A DNA stretch of 64,000 nt from Chrysomallon squamiferum (taxonomy: Eukaryota; Animalia; Mollusca). Location of the stretch: the NCBI GenBank assembly GCA_012295275.1, contig CM022677.1, forward strand, positions 5,084,001 through 5,148,000, written 5' to 3'. Position numbers and translations under genes: made by a program. Of this stretch, positions 28,046 through 40,518 are shown piece by piece. Position 1 is the first letter of the stretch. Each line of letters starts with the position of its first letter. The notes beneath the pieces were generated by a model, which was not told where the DNA came from, did no database searches, and saw only the letters and a list, made by a program, of their open reading frames with translations.

Positions 28046-30486
28046 AAGTGAAAAATGCAATAAACAACATGGAATAGATATTTTATTTGTTTATTTATTG
28101 TAAATGACAACAAAGTACCAGTACAAGAATTCAAATAACTCATAACTGACTTTTTTGTTCACACTGGAGCTCAGGGTGAAGATCATGTAAGGATGGGGTC
28201 ATAGGGTTCAAAGAGTTGAAACAATGAGAATCAAAGGATAAAAAGAAAAATAACTTTGGTCGTATTTTCCTTGATTTCTGTGTATATAACATGTTTATTA
28301 TGAATGGGAGAGTAGGTAAAGACGCTAGTGTTGTAGATTATGCAAATGTTTAATTCTTGTCCCTAACAGAAAACCTTTCTGTTCTGCCTTTATGTATCAA
28401 ACTACATATGGAAATAAATCTGAGAATACTGTAATTGTTATTTCATCAAGCTCTAAGGAAGTCCCAAGGAAATGGTTTCATGATTAAAAAGCAAGAATTT
28501 TGCGATAATTTTGAAAAGCAGAAGCATTTGTTAATTAAAATACACCAAAAATTACTAAATTGGAAGGAAACAGATGTTGACTCTGAATTTATAAATAATA
28601 CAGTCTCTGATATAAATGTTATATTTATAACTGCAGCCCAAAAAAATTGGGAAAGAAACCACCTATAATAAAATAAAGAAACCACCTATAATACAATAAA
28701 TAAACATCCTTACAATAAATCATGGTTTTACGCAGCTTGTAAAGCTACAAGACAGGAAGTCAGAAAAGCCAGAAGAAGATATAAACAATATGGTTGAAGT
28801 ACACTGAAACACTAAACAGAGCTGTTAGGGAATACAGAATATCTATTAAACAAAATCTGAAAATATTAATCCCAAACAGTACCAGTCAATTCTGAACAAC
28901 AACAAGCAGAGACGGTCAAAAGCCGATGTGTATCAACTGATTCTTTATTTCACTTTTTCAAAACTCTTAATAGCAATGTTGATGAAACTTTGCCTGATCA
29001 TATTACTAGAACTCAAAGACAAGAAACTACTAATGATATTTTGAACAAAACTTTTTCAGCCAGGGAAAGATCCAGAGCAGTGAATTGACTACACTGTAAT
29101 TGATCAGTTGGAGAAGATTTTATTATTAATGAATGTATTAAGCATACTGCTAATATTATATTAACTTTATATGTACTACTGTTTATTATTCTTGACAGAG
29201 CAATTACACCATCCGATTGGTATGGACTAGAGACTGGACGACTCACTGGTCAGAGTGTGATTGGTGGGTGCACTGCCTTAAATAAATAAATAAATAAATA
29301 AATAAAATACTGTATAAAATATAAATAAAATACTGCTACTACTACATTTACTGCAACACTACCATACTCCTTTTATTATCATTATTACTATAACTAATAT
29401 TTACTATTATTCCTTATTCAACTAGGGTTACTGTTATTGAAATAATACTCCTATTACTAAAATTACTATTCATTAGTAATAAAAGTTATTTTTTTTACTC
29501 TCTTTGCTATTAGTCCTGTGCCTTTATTTCTTTATACTAATATTTGTATAATTACTACAACAACAACGACTACTGTTACTACTACTATAACTGCTGTTAC
29601 ACAACTCTTCTTGTTACATTTATCATAACAATTTCTCTAGGAACAACTACTGTTAGTACTGCTACTACTACTACTACTACTACCACTACTACAACCAGTA
29701 ATCTGACTACAACCATTTTTTTTTAATCATCATGAGTCTCACAAGACACATTACAAAGCTATGGAGATAGCATCATCAGCTAAAACATCATCAAGATCAA
29801 TTTTGCAACATTATTTCAACAAGTAGTATTATTGTTACTGCTACAAGTACTGCAACAAGTACATTACTACAACAATGACAATGACTAATACTACTACTAT
29901 AACAACAACCTCTATAGATGTTCCTGTTCTGCCATATTCTTTGATGACATTTCTACCCTGTGGTGATCTGACAGAATTATCTCTTCTTATGTACAGAGCA
30001 GAGCAGTTTCTGAAAAACAACAGTCTTTTTTTTACTTACCTTTATAGTTATATATGCATCTATCAGAGAGAGAGAGAGAGAGAGAGAAGAAAATATTTAC
30101 ATACATATCATATTCAAAACCAAAAAAGAAAACCAGACCTAATATTATATGAATTATGTTGATTAACTAGTTATTAAGATTCATATATTTTAAAATTACC
30201 ACCTGATTTATTATTTTACTTACAAAAATTGTATTAAACCAACCATGAAAATTGAGAAACTGTGGTCAACATAAATATAGACAACAGCTACAGTACATCC
30301 ATCTCCAGTGTATTTTAGTGTGTCTGTCATCACAGGAACAGTGACACTGTGTGAAGGCTGGCAGTTCCAGTCTGGTAACAGGAAAGTTAAACATTTTAAA
30401 ATACTCATAAAATATTATACTTCTTCTTTTATTTTAAAATATAGAAATTTACAGAAAATAATCAAGTCTATATGAATGGAACTGTT

Positions 30487-30588
<102 letters not shown>

Positions 30589-31143
30589 CTAAGGTATGTT
30601 ACAAAATCATGAGAAATACATAAGAAAACAAATTCACTGTTCAGTTTTTTCCCCTTTTCCAATGGCAGCATTTTATCCTCAGCACCTTCTACTGAAAAAA
30701 CTTCACTAGCCATCTGAGAAAAACAAAACAAATACAATAATAAAAATAATAAAAAGTATCAATGATAATGATGGTAATGGTAATAATTTAAATAATTAAC
30801 AAAACAATTGCAAATAAATGATTATTATTATGCTGTTTTACTATCAGTAAAGAGTTGTTACTAAAAAACGTATTTTACTTGCTACGAAGTAAAAATAAGA
30901 TTAAAAAAAAAAATTACAACTTGGAATTGTTCAGTCTGCAGTGTCTGTACAGCTGATTCATCCTTCTCCATAATGTAAATTACCTTTCTTGACAGCAACT
31001 GAACAATACTGCAATAGTATATCTTGACATCAACAGTAATCAATGTTTTTAGCCATTCCAACATGAACATAATACATTTTTTTTATCAATCTACATTTGT
31101 CTGATTAATGCATAAGTTATTTTGATTATTATCATTCATGCAA

Positions 31144-31242
<99 letters not shown>

Positions 31243-32405
31243 GAGAGACACATATATAAACTAATAAAACATACCCTGCCACTGTAGAGAGGTTTCTGAA
31301 AACATTCTAACACAGGCCTGACACATCACTTGACACCAGACTGTTGATTCACATTATCAACAGTCTTTTGTATCCTATCTGTAGAAAATGGCCTAGATTT
31401 GTGTGATGCTGAAGTAGGGGATAGGGACCTGGGTGCATTGGTCCCGCTCTGTTGTCTGAATCAGGAACAGGACTAGATCGGTCCTTCGAATCATCAGTGT
31501 GGTGAAACATCTCAAGTCTCTGTCTGATCTTGTTCTGTTGCAGATACAGCCTCTGATGGTGTCGTTTCTGTTGTTTTTCTAATGTTGACGTGCATGGTAG
31601 TGTTAATGATACCTTTTTACCAATACTAGAAAGAGAATTTACTTTATGGAGATATGCTGGTAATCAGTCAAAATATAAGTAAAATATAAAGAAATATAAA
31701 ATTATAATATATTTTATATTACAAAAATACTAATGATATCAAAGTAAAATTTAAAAGCTATATAACTATTATGTAAATTTGGTTTAAAAAAGTAAAATGA
31801 TATTAGTGATTCATGAAATAAAGTGAAATAATACAATGTAAAATTAAATTATTTATTTAACAAAAATACTAATGATAATAAAGACATTATAGAACAAAAA
31901 ATAAAGTGAAATAAAGATATGTAATATTTGATACCTCAATCATGTTACAGAAATACTAACGCTATCAGCAAAAGCAGAAAATAAAATTAGATATGTAATT
32001 TATATTAAAAATATATAAATGTTAATAAGAACAATATCAGTAAAAGTGATTTTAATACTAAACAAAAAGTCTTGCAAAAAATACAGTAAAAAGGAAAAAA
32101 TAAAATCAATGACACTATGGCAGTTTAGATTTATAATATTCATATAAGCTTAGTATTAAAATGTTTCTAAATATCAAATGTTTGAAAATGTTTGTATGTG
32201 TGTTTGCTTGGGTAAGTATATATGTAATGCAAACATTTGTACACCAATAAAAAGGAAATCAATGACATTACAGCAGTTTAGGTTATAATAATAAGTTTAG
32301 TATTAAAATGTCTCTAAATATAATTTAAACTTATGTTTGAAATTTGTGTATGTGTTTGCATGAGCAAGTGTGTATCATATATGTAGATATGTGTGACGTG
32401 CATAC

Positions 32406-35400
32406 ACTCTAGAGCAGCCACTAACTCTTGAACTCTGAATTTGAGTCGTTTTTTCTGTTCTGAGCGACTCACACAGGTCCTGAGCTATCTTCATCATGTC
32501 ATTCAATCTCAACTCACAGATAGCTGGCGCTTTCAGCTCCTCATCTTCATCATCCTGATGATAAATGATTATTCATTGAAATTTTTTTAGTAATTATGAA
32601 AGCTATCAGATTATCATCCTTGTCATTATTTTATTATTACATTTCTGTTACACTCAGTATTCTTAGAAAACATACTGTTTAAAATTATAATAAAGAACTG
32701 TGAATACAGCATCAGTAGATATGACACACAGAATCAATGACATTATATAGTAAGTTATTCTTTAGTTTTCTGTGTTTATATGAACAAGTCAATACATTTA
32801 GAATACTCACTTAATAAAATAAATAGACTGTCTATCAAGTAAGTTATTATTATTATTTAGATGTGTTTATATGACAAATCAGTGTTTTAGCATACATACA
32901 TAATAAAATCAGTAGACAGTATATGAAGTTGGTTATTATTATTTAATTTTTTCTCTGTTTAAATCAACGTTTAAAACACACAAATAATAAAATCAATAAT
33001 GTGAAATATATCTACTATGTATGTTTCCACTGTTTACATACCTGCTAGTCTAGCTAGAAGAGATAAAGTGATAGATAAAACAGAGATAATCACGTTTGTG
33101 TTTGCTGACTCTGCCCAGTCTCTGCTGGTGCTCTGAGATCTCACACTTGAGATGCTCTATCTGTACTCAGTAGGTCTGCTCCTGTGACTCCTTACCACTC
33201 AGTCTCAACTCCAGAGCTCTCTTCTCCTTCTCCATCAAGTAGTTCTGAGCCTTCAGCTCTGCCTTCTCCTCCTGAAAAACAATTCAGGTGTAAATGACAA
33301 AGTTCAACCATTCTCTTCCTGTGAAACAATATCATGACAGAGTGTATATATTCAGTCTGCCTAGAATTCAGAAAATGGTTTAATACAAATGGAATGAGAC
33401 ACAAAGACCAAACTGCCATTAATAAAAAATAAATACAAAAATAATGAAAAAGTACAAGTAAATGCAAGTTAATATAACAGTAAAAAAACAATTTTCATTA
33501 CTAAATTAACAAAATTAAGAATGCCTGTTTGATTAGCCTGTTTGATTTTTTTTCCTTCCCAAAGAAGGTCAGATGCTTGGTTGGGGCTACATTTCATAAG
33601 ACTGCCCTTCATAGCCATCAGCTCCTGCATTAACACAGCATTTTCCAAATCCAGTCTTTGAGCTTCTGGAGTTTTCTTGGGTTTGTCAAGCAGACGATCA
33701 AAGTGTAAACTCTCCATCTCCATCTCCGCTGCCCGCTCATTCTTCAGTGACTGAATGTACTCACACAGTCTCTGTTCATCGAGTTTGGTGAAGTCAGTGT
33801 CCACTGAGCTGGCCGTAGAACTGGACATGCTGGACAATTCAAAATGAAAAGTTGGTTTGATAAAGATTATCACTAGTCATGGAAAAGTCAGTTAATCAAC
33901 TTGAAATTTATAATTCTGTAAGTTAGGTAAAATCCTTTTAGAAAGATAGTTAATGCAAAGTCCAGTTAATTACAGCATAGACTTTAATAAACTACAAAAT
34001 CTAAATTTATCTTAGTAAGAAAAAAAACCCAGTTAGATGTAAAACTATGGGTTTTTTACTTATAAGTTGATTTGGGGGTAATAAACGAAATAACAAAGGT
34101 ATAAAAATAGATTCCAATAAAGTACAAAATAAAGATAATTTATATATAAAAACACAATTACTTTAAGTATTCAAAACAATGTAGATTAAATTCAATACAA
34201 AGGTATTGTCTCTGTTTTTGAAGGTAAAAAAATACAGTCAATTTAAGTATAAAGTCAGTTTAAATACTGAAAAACAAACTATTAATGTATAAAATACAGT
34301 CAATTTCAGTATTAAACTTTAAGAGAACAGTTAAAATGCTAAAGACAAAATCTTATTAGACAGAAAAGCAATTACAGTAAAGTATAAAACAAAGTCAAAG
34401 TAGAATAGCAGATGTCATCTTGAAGTACTGAAAAAGAAAGTGTATTAATTATCTAAGTTAGTTTCATAATTAAGAAAACAAAAAACTAAAAATAATGGAA
34501 AACAAAGACCATTTAATACAAAAAGACTTCAAGTAAAGCATCACCTTGCAGTTCTGCTGTTAGAAGACAGATCTTTCCAGGGGTGAGAAATTCAGGGTGT
34601 GGTGTGAACTCCACAGCTTCTGTCCAGTTTGTGAAGTAGATGTCAAGCCACGCCTTCAGCAGACTTCCTCAAGTGATGAGTAGTATAGACGTCACCTCCA
34701 CCTGATCCTCACACTCCTTTACTGAAATTAACATTGAAACTAAATATACATTTAGTAAAATTAGCATACAGACTTATTGGAGTTAGCATAATACACTAAC
34801 ATTCACAGATGTCAAAAATTAACTATTTTCACCATCTGTGCATTAGGCTAATTTCAGTGTCTATGTATTAACAGCTACAGACACTGAAAGATAACATTAC
34901 ATATACAGAAAAGTAATTGAGATTAAATCCTTATTACTGAAATGAAATACATGCATACTGAAAATTCTTTAGATGCTGAATTTTTGAATGATAAATAAAT
35001 GTACATGCGTGTGCACACACATGCACACACAGACAGATACACACACAAACATATATACTCATTCTGAAATTAATAATCACTAATACTGAAATTGTAAAGA
35101 TACACACACACATACACAAAAATTAACTTCATTTACGTAAAAAAGAATGAATTTCAGTGATGTAGCAATTATTGAAATAATACATTTTTAAATAAGAATT
35201 TTAGTTGTAACTTACCCAGACTTCCAAGTCCTGCAGCTCTACAGTTAGCTAACAAAACTCCCTTCTCACTCTCCAGCAGAACACACAACTCTTCATATGC
35301 CTCTATCATCTGATCAGAATAGTTAATAGCCAACTGCAGCACTGTGTTGTTAGACTCATACTTCCCCATCAACACCGTCAACCTCTCCAAGTAGGACATG

Positions 35401-38400
35401 CTCTCGTTCATTGAGGTGGCAATTTTTCTCTGAAGTATTTCAAACTCAATTTCAAACTCTTTCACTTTAGTTTAAAATCAGTTAAATTCATATCACATGT
35501 CATGAAAAATATATCAATGACTTATTCTGTGTTATTGTTTAAGAATCTATTTATTTTAGTTAATTTGAAACAGAATTGCCCAAAGGCCAAAAATAAGGTT
35601 AAAAATCGATATTATGAAAAATAATGAGTAATTCTGTGTTATTGTTAAAAATGTATTTATTTTGGCGGTTTGATTTTGAATGATTGTAGTTTGGAAATAT
35701 TTGTAAGTTTAAAAATCAGTTAAATTCATATTTAAAATTTGAAAAATACTGTCAGTCATTCATTTTCTGTCAGTTTTATTTTTTCTGAGGTAATATGACT
35801 TGGAATTACCACCATAAAAAACCCATTAATAAATTAAAATATCATACTGGAAATTATGAAAAATATGTCTATTTTTTCCTTCATATTTTTAACAGTCAAA
35901 TAACATTTGTGAATTAAAACATCAGTTAAGTTTCTACTGTAAATTATGAAAATACACTGTCAGTATATTCCAATTTAACATTTAAAAGTGTTAAGCATAG
36001 TTATAAATTTGTTAAAATATTATGCTAGTGTGTTTTATGTGGTTATGTAACATTAGCAAGTTCAAACATTTTGTAATTTTCCAGTGAAGTTACATTCCAG
36101 CACAGGAAACATCACTGTGCATATAAATGATGTTAAATGAGATTTACCCCAAGGGAGGTAATTTCAGCAACAAGAATCTGTCTGTCTCCAGCACACATTT
36201 TTTTTTCTTCAGTTCTGCTATTTTAGCTACAGGAAACTGATCACTGCCTGCAGTGGTCCTGTGAATTAATAATTAAATAAATAAATAGAATATTTACATA
36301 AATACTCAAATAATAGATACACCGCAAATAAGCAGCAAATTGAAAGAAATGGATGTATAAAGAAAAAATAATATATGTGTATACATTATAGTTTTGTATT
36401 TTTTCAAATATTATTTATGTATATGTATTATACATTTTTTGTATTTTCTCAACATTCCATATATAAAAAAAAAACATATACACTGTAATCTCCACTGATT
36501 CCCTTATAGTCACATGCAATAAAGATGAGAAACAAAATAAGAAATGTTTATTCATACCTCTCTTCTGTGTTAGGAGTTACTTTAGTGACATGGAACATAA
36601 ATGAATGACAATATAACAAATATTTATTAATACCTCTCTCCTGTATTAGGATTCACTTGTGACTTTGTTGGTGTTGATGTTTGATTGTTCATGGGACTAG
36701 AAGACAAATCTGTCAGAGGTAATTTATCCTGTAACTCTTTCAACTGTAACAAAAATGTAATAATTTTCCTCTAACTTTCAATTTTAACAAAATGTAACAG
36801 TTTATTCTGTGTCAACTGTAAGTTTCAACTGTAACAAAATGTAACAATTTATCCTCTAGCTTTTTCAACTGTAACAAAATAAAACAATTTATCCTGTAAC
36901 TCTTTCAAATGTAACAAAAATGTAACAATTTATTCTGTAATTCTTTCAGCAGTAAACAAAAATGTAATAATTTATCCTTTAACTAATTTTGCTATAAACT
37001 TTAAAAAAAGTATATTTACTAACAACTTTACAGTACTTTTTTTATGAATGTAACAATTTCATGCAGTTACTTACAATTTAACTGTTACTCTTTCATAGAA
37101 AGACTTAATGCAGAAATTATTAACAGAAGCCATACTATATAACTGAAGGAAAAAGCAGTCTCTATAATTAAGTTTTTGTGTTTCAATTCTACCTGCAAAT
37201 AAAAATGTAAATACAAGTATTTTAATATTTATGCGGAGTTACCTTTCTTTTCAACTTCTCCCTGTCATCATTGATATATTCGATATGGCTACATAGCTGT
37301 GTAAGTTCTGTTTCGTGTCTGCCTATCTGTTCTTGTAGAGCTGACATTCATCGTTGTCTTTTTCTACGTCTTCTCTGAGACGTTGAACGACGTTGCGATC
37401 AACATCGTGGAGAGGAAAGTCTTTTCTTTCTGCAATGGCTGACTCCAGTTCTGTGACAACTCGGGAAAAGTTTGCATTTATTTCATTACCTATTTCTAAA
37501 ACATCCAAAAAAAAAAAAAAAAAAACATTTATAATTATTCTCAGTTTTAATGTTGTTTATACGTTATTTAGTAATTAAAAAAAAAAAAAAGCACATGAAC
37601 AAATTTTAATTATATTTGTAAATTTAATTCTATTTTTCTCTTCTGATCAAATTAACTGATTGAAAAGATATCTCATTTTAACTATATATTTATTTGGAAC
37701 TTTTCTTTTTAATTCCTTCATTCCTGCTAACAGTAAGAAAATGAGAAAAATATCAAATTTTAATTATATATTTATTTGTTACTTTCTTTTTAATGCCTTT
37801 TAGCAGTAAGTAATCGAGACATTTTTTTATTATAATTTAATATTTCAAAAAATTCAATAAATTATAATATGTTGCTATTTATATAATACATTAAAATTAA
37901 AATTAATCAACTTTTAAAACAATTGGACATCTATCTAAAACAGCCAAAACTGTACAGTCAAAAAAATAAATATAAAAGTAAATGATTACCAGGTCTCGCA
38001 GACTGGAAGCCATTTGCATTATTCTCGTTGATACTTCCTCCATCATTGCTTTTGTCCGATCATCTTCTTCTCTATACAGAAAAGAAAAGAAAAAAGAAAA
38101 AAAACGTTCAAATGTCTTTACACTTTCTGGAATTTGGTATTTTCAACAAATTCCTAGAAATTATTTCTTAGTCTTTCATTAAACACAGTAAAGAACAGCA
38201 AGCTAATGATGTTGTTTTACATCTGAATAATGACTGACTTGACTCATACAATGAAAGAAAACAATGGTTAAATGTCTTCACATATTTCCGGAATTTCAGG
38301 TTTTCAGGAATCTTTTCTTTTCATTAAAAACAGTGAAAAACCAGCAAACAAATGGTATTATTTTACAATATATAATGACAATCCAAAACTATTTTTCATT

Positions 38401-39515
38401 ATGTGTCCAGATATATTATATTATTGTTTTTATCATTCATTAAAAGCAGGGAAGAACAGCAAACTCACACTATTATTTAATTAAGACTACTGACCTGATG
38501 ACATTAATCTGCTGTATGTCTGTTTTCTTCATCAGCTCTGCAATGACGTGTAAAGTTCAGTGACGCGTTCCTCGTAGCGTGCCGCTGTCTGGTCAACTCT
38601 GTCATCAAAGTCTTTCTGACTGTGAATCTTTTCAGTCTTAGTGACAACAAACAATCAGGTTTCATAACAAACACATAAAATAAGAAAAGTATTTATTAAT
38701 GCAGTTATAAAATCAAAATAAACTAATAATAATAATAAAAGAAAAATATTTATTAACAGAACATACATCCTTTTATACAATTAAATTAAAAATATAACAA
38801 AGGAATTTGCTATTATAAAATAAAAAATAAAGAAAATAATATTTAAAATCACATTAGAAACTGTATATTTATATATGTATATTAGTAAACTTGTAAATTA
38901 AAAATAATAAAATGTCAAAATATTTAGAATCACTAAAATATTTGAAGTTTTTATGGTTTTTGGATATAACTGTCTATTAGTAAATTTAAAACATACAGAC
39001 TAAATTCTCTTAGTATTCAAAATAACAACAGACATGTTTTTTTTATGAATTTGAATTAGTATATACTGTATTTATTGAACCTATGTATTCTTTGTTTTAG
39101 TGTCTGCTTAAATAATCAATAAATAATCAAATAAATACATAAATAACCAAATAAGGCAGAAAGTAAATATGTAATAATTAAAACTTTTTAAATTTAAATT
39201 TGGTCATCAGATTAACGTAAATATTTTTCTAAAGCCTTTCCAGAAAGATAGCTTTAAGTCATCATCAAGAGTTATTGCCAAACATATTATTTTCTAGTCA
39301 GGCTATATTCTTATTGCTGTTACCAGAATAACAACATTAATTTCAGGCTAATGCGAGTATAAAAAAAAATATATATATATTAAAAAACAATAATTTCTTA
39401 CCTGACATTTAGTCTGTTATTTTTCTAAATGATCTCTTTCGGCTCTTACTTGTGCTAACCTGTTGTTCAGCTCGATTATCTCCTATTTCAGAGAGGTCAA
39501 GGCCGCCTGGTGAAG
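32406..39515 (-). pseudogene. MCC: Unprocessed, partial pseudogene of colorectal mutant cancer protein (MCC), 11 exons
   Basis: Exons in transcript order: 39515-39402 (LHQAALTSLK*EIIELNNRL), 38636-38495 (ARYEERVTEL/VIAELMKK), 38071-37990, 37495-37243, 36743-36634 (LKELQDKL...VNPNTGE), 36258-36148 (PVAKIAE), ~35468-35216 (MGKYESNNTVLQLAINYSDQMIEAYE), 34721-34545 (PWKDLSSNS), 33829-33607 (SSTASSVDTDFTKLDEQRL...QRLDLENAVLMQELMAMK), 33271-33042 (EEKAELKAQNYLMEKEKRALELRLS), 32554-~32406 (RLKFRVQELVAALE). Colinear with recalled human MCC. Multiple stops and frameshifts, and one GG splice donor. Confidence 0.93.
36720..36985. repeat. ~39-bp degenerate tandem repeat overlapping an MCC splice acceptor
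   Basis: aatttatcctgtaactctttcaactgtaacaaaaatgtaa is repeated about 6-7 times; the first unit includes the first ~24 nt of exon 36743-36634. Confidence 0.85.
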
Positions 39516-39652
39516 CTGGGAAAGGAAAGAAATAATTTTAAATTATTACATTTTGCAACCAAATTAAAACGTTATTTGTGAATTTTTGTGATTCAATCTG
39601 TTTTATCATTCCTAAAGCTAATTAATGAAAAAAATATTGATAATGAAAAATA

Positions 39653-39698
<46 letters not shown>

Positions 39699-39794
39699 TC
39701 ACAAACAGTTATAATAAACTAAATACTGTTTGTCAAATGACAGAAATGAATTACAGATTTACCACAGATTATGAAGGAAACATTTCCTTGAGGT

Positions 39795-39915
39795 CAATTT
39801 TGGTGTTACCGAACAAATAACCACTTGGAAGGATGGCACCATGAAATCAGTCAAATCGCCCAGAAGAGTCATCCGACCACAATGGAGAATTTCTGCATTT
39901 CAACTGCGAGAATCA
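39795..39915 (+). mobile_element. MULE/Mutator-like transposase C-terminal relic
   Basis: RTNNHLEGWHHEISQIAQKSHPT, a frameshift, then W. Matches the recalled MULE motif RTNNxxEGWHxxxxxxxxxxHPxxW. Confidence 0.75.
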
Positions 39916-40372
39916 ACGGAAATATTTTTAAAAATAAATCACCTTCTTCATTTTTTTCATCATTTCTTTCTTTCTTTATTTATTTTGCTATTTTGTTTCT
40001 TTATTTTTTTACTTATTATGTGTTTTGTTGTTCTCTCATATATAAACTTCTCTTTGAATATTTAATTTCTTGTACATTTTGAACCGATTGTGGTCTCCGT
40101 TATTGTCATTATTGTACGTTTTGCGTTCAAAATGAATCGTGGAACCGAATTATGGAAACAATTGATGTATTACTGAAATTTGAATAAAAATGTTATGCTA
40201 TTTTTATATTGAATAGTTTGTTGTATTAACATACACAAATTAACATAAGAGAGATAGACAAACATAAGGATAGATTTATACCAGAGCGTTAAAACTTAGT
40301 TGTACAGAAGTAGTTTGTTGTTATCTTCTGACTGAACACACTGTCAACCAGGTGCAAGGGAATTTAATCAGA

Positions 40373-40518
40373 AAGATCCCGCGATCTAGAATTCATTCTA
40401 GAACCATTTATACAAGTTTTTCTACGTCCCAAAGACACAGTGACAGATATATTAACAACAAATCCCGCGACGTACAATTCATTTTAGCACTATTTATACA
40501 AGTTTTTCTACGTCCAGG
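40373..40518. repeat. Short tandem duplication (~84-bp period, 2 copies)
   Basis: atcccgcga...aattcatt.tag...atttatacaagtttttctacgtcc occurs twice. Confidence 0.85.

Larger units (their letters stand above)
24736..28215 (+). mobile_element. piggyBac DNA transposon, copy B, both ends present
   Basis: TTAA|CCCTTTGAACC at 24732-24746 and GGTTCAAAGAG|TTGA at 28205-28219, each with one mismatch to a perfect TIR and TTAA TSD. It splits the LINE endonuclease. Confidence 0.9.
20860..29230 (+). mobile_element. Two-ORF non-LTR retrotransposon (CR1/L2-group-like), 3'-truncated, interrupted by minisatellite and piggyBac
   Basis: ORF1 remnants at 20890-21510. APE endonuclease motifs at 24440-24730 (WLG, LYI, ICLIGDFN) resume after the piggyBac at 28220 (FLDFC, NMFIMNGRVGKDASVVDY). 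The linker and RT start (ITPSDW) run to about 29225. Confidence 0.85.

Noticed and set aside
32406-39515. Functional MCC gene using stop readthrough or a variant genetic code
   Set aside because: All three stop types occur alongside several frameshifts, deletions and a broken donor; ordinary decay explains it.
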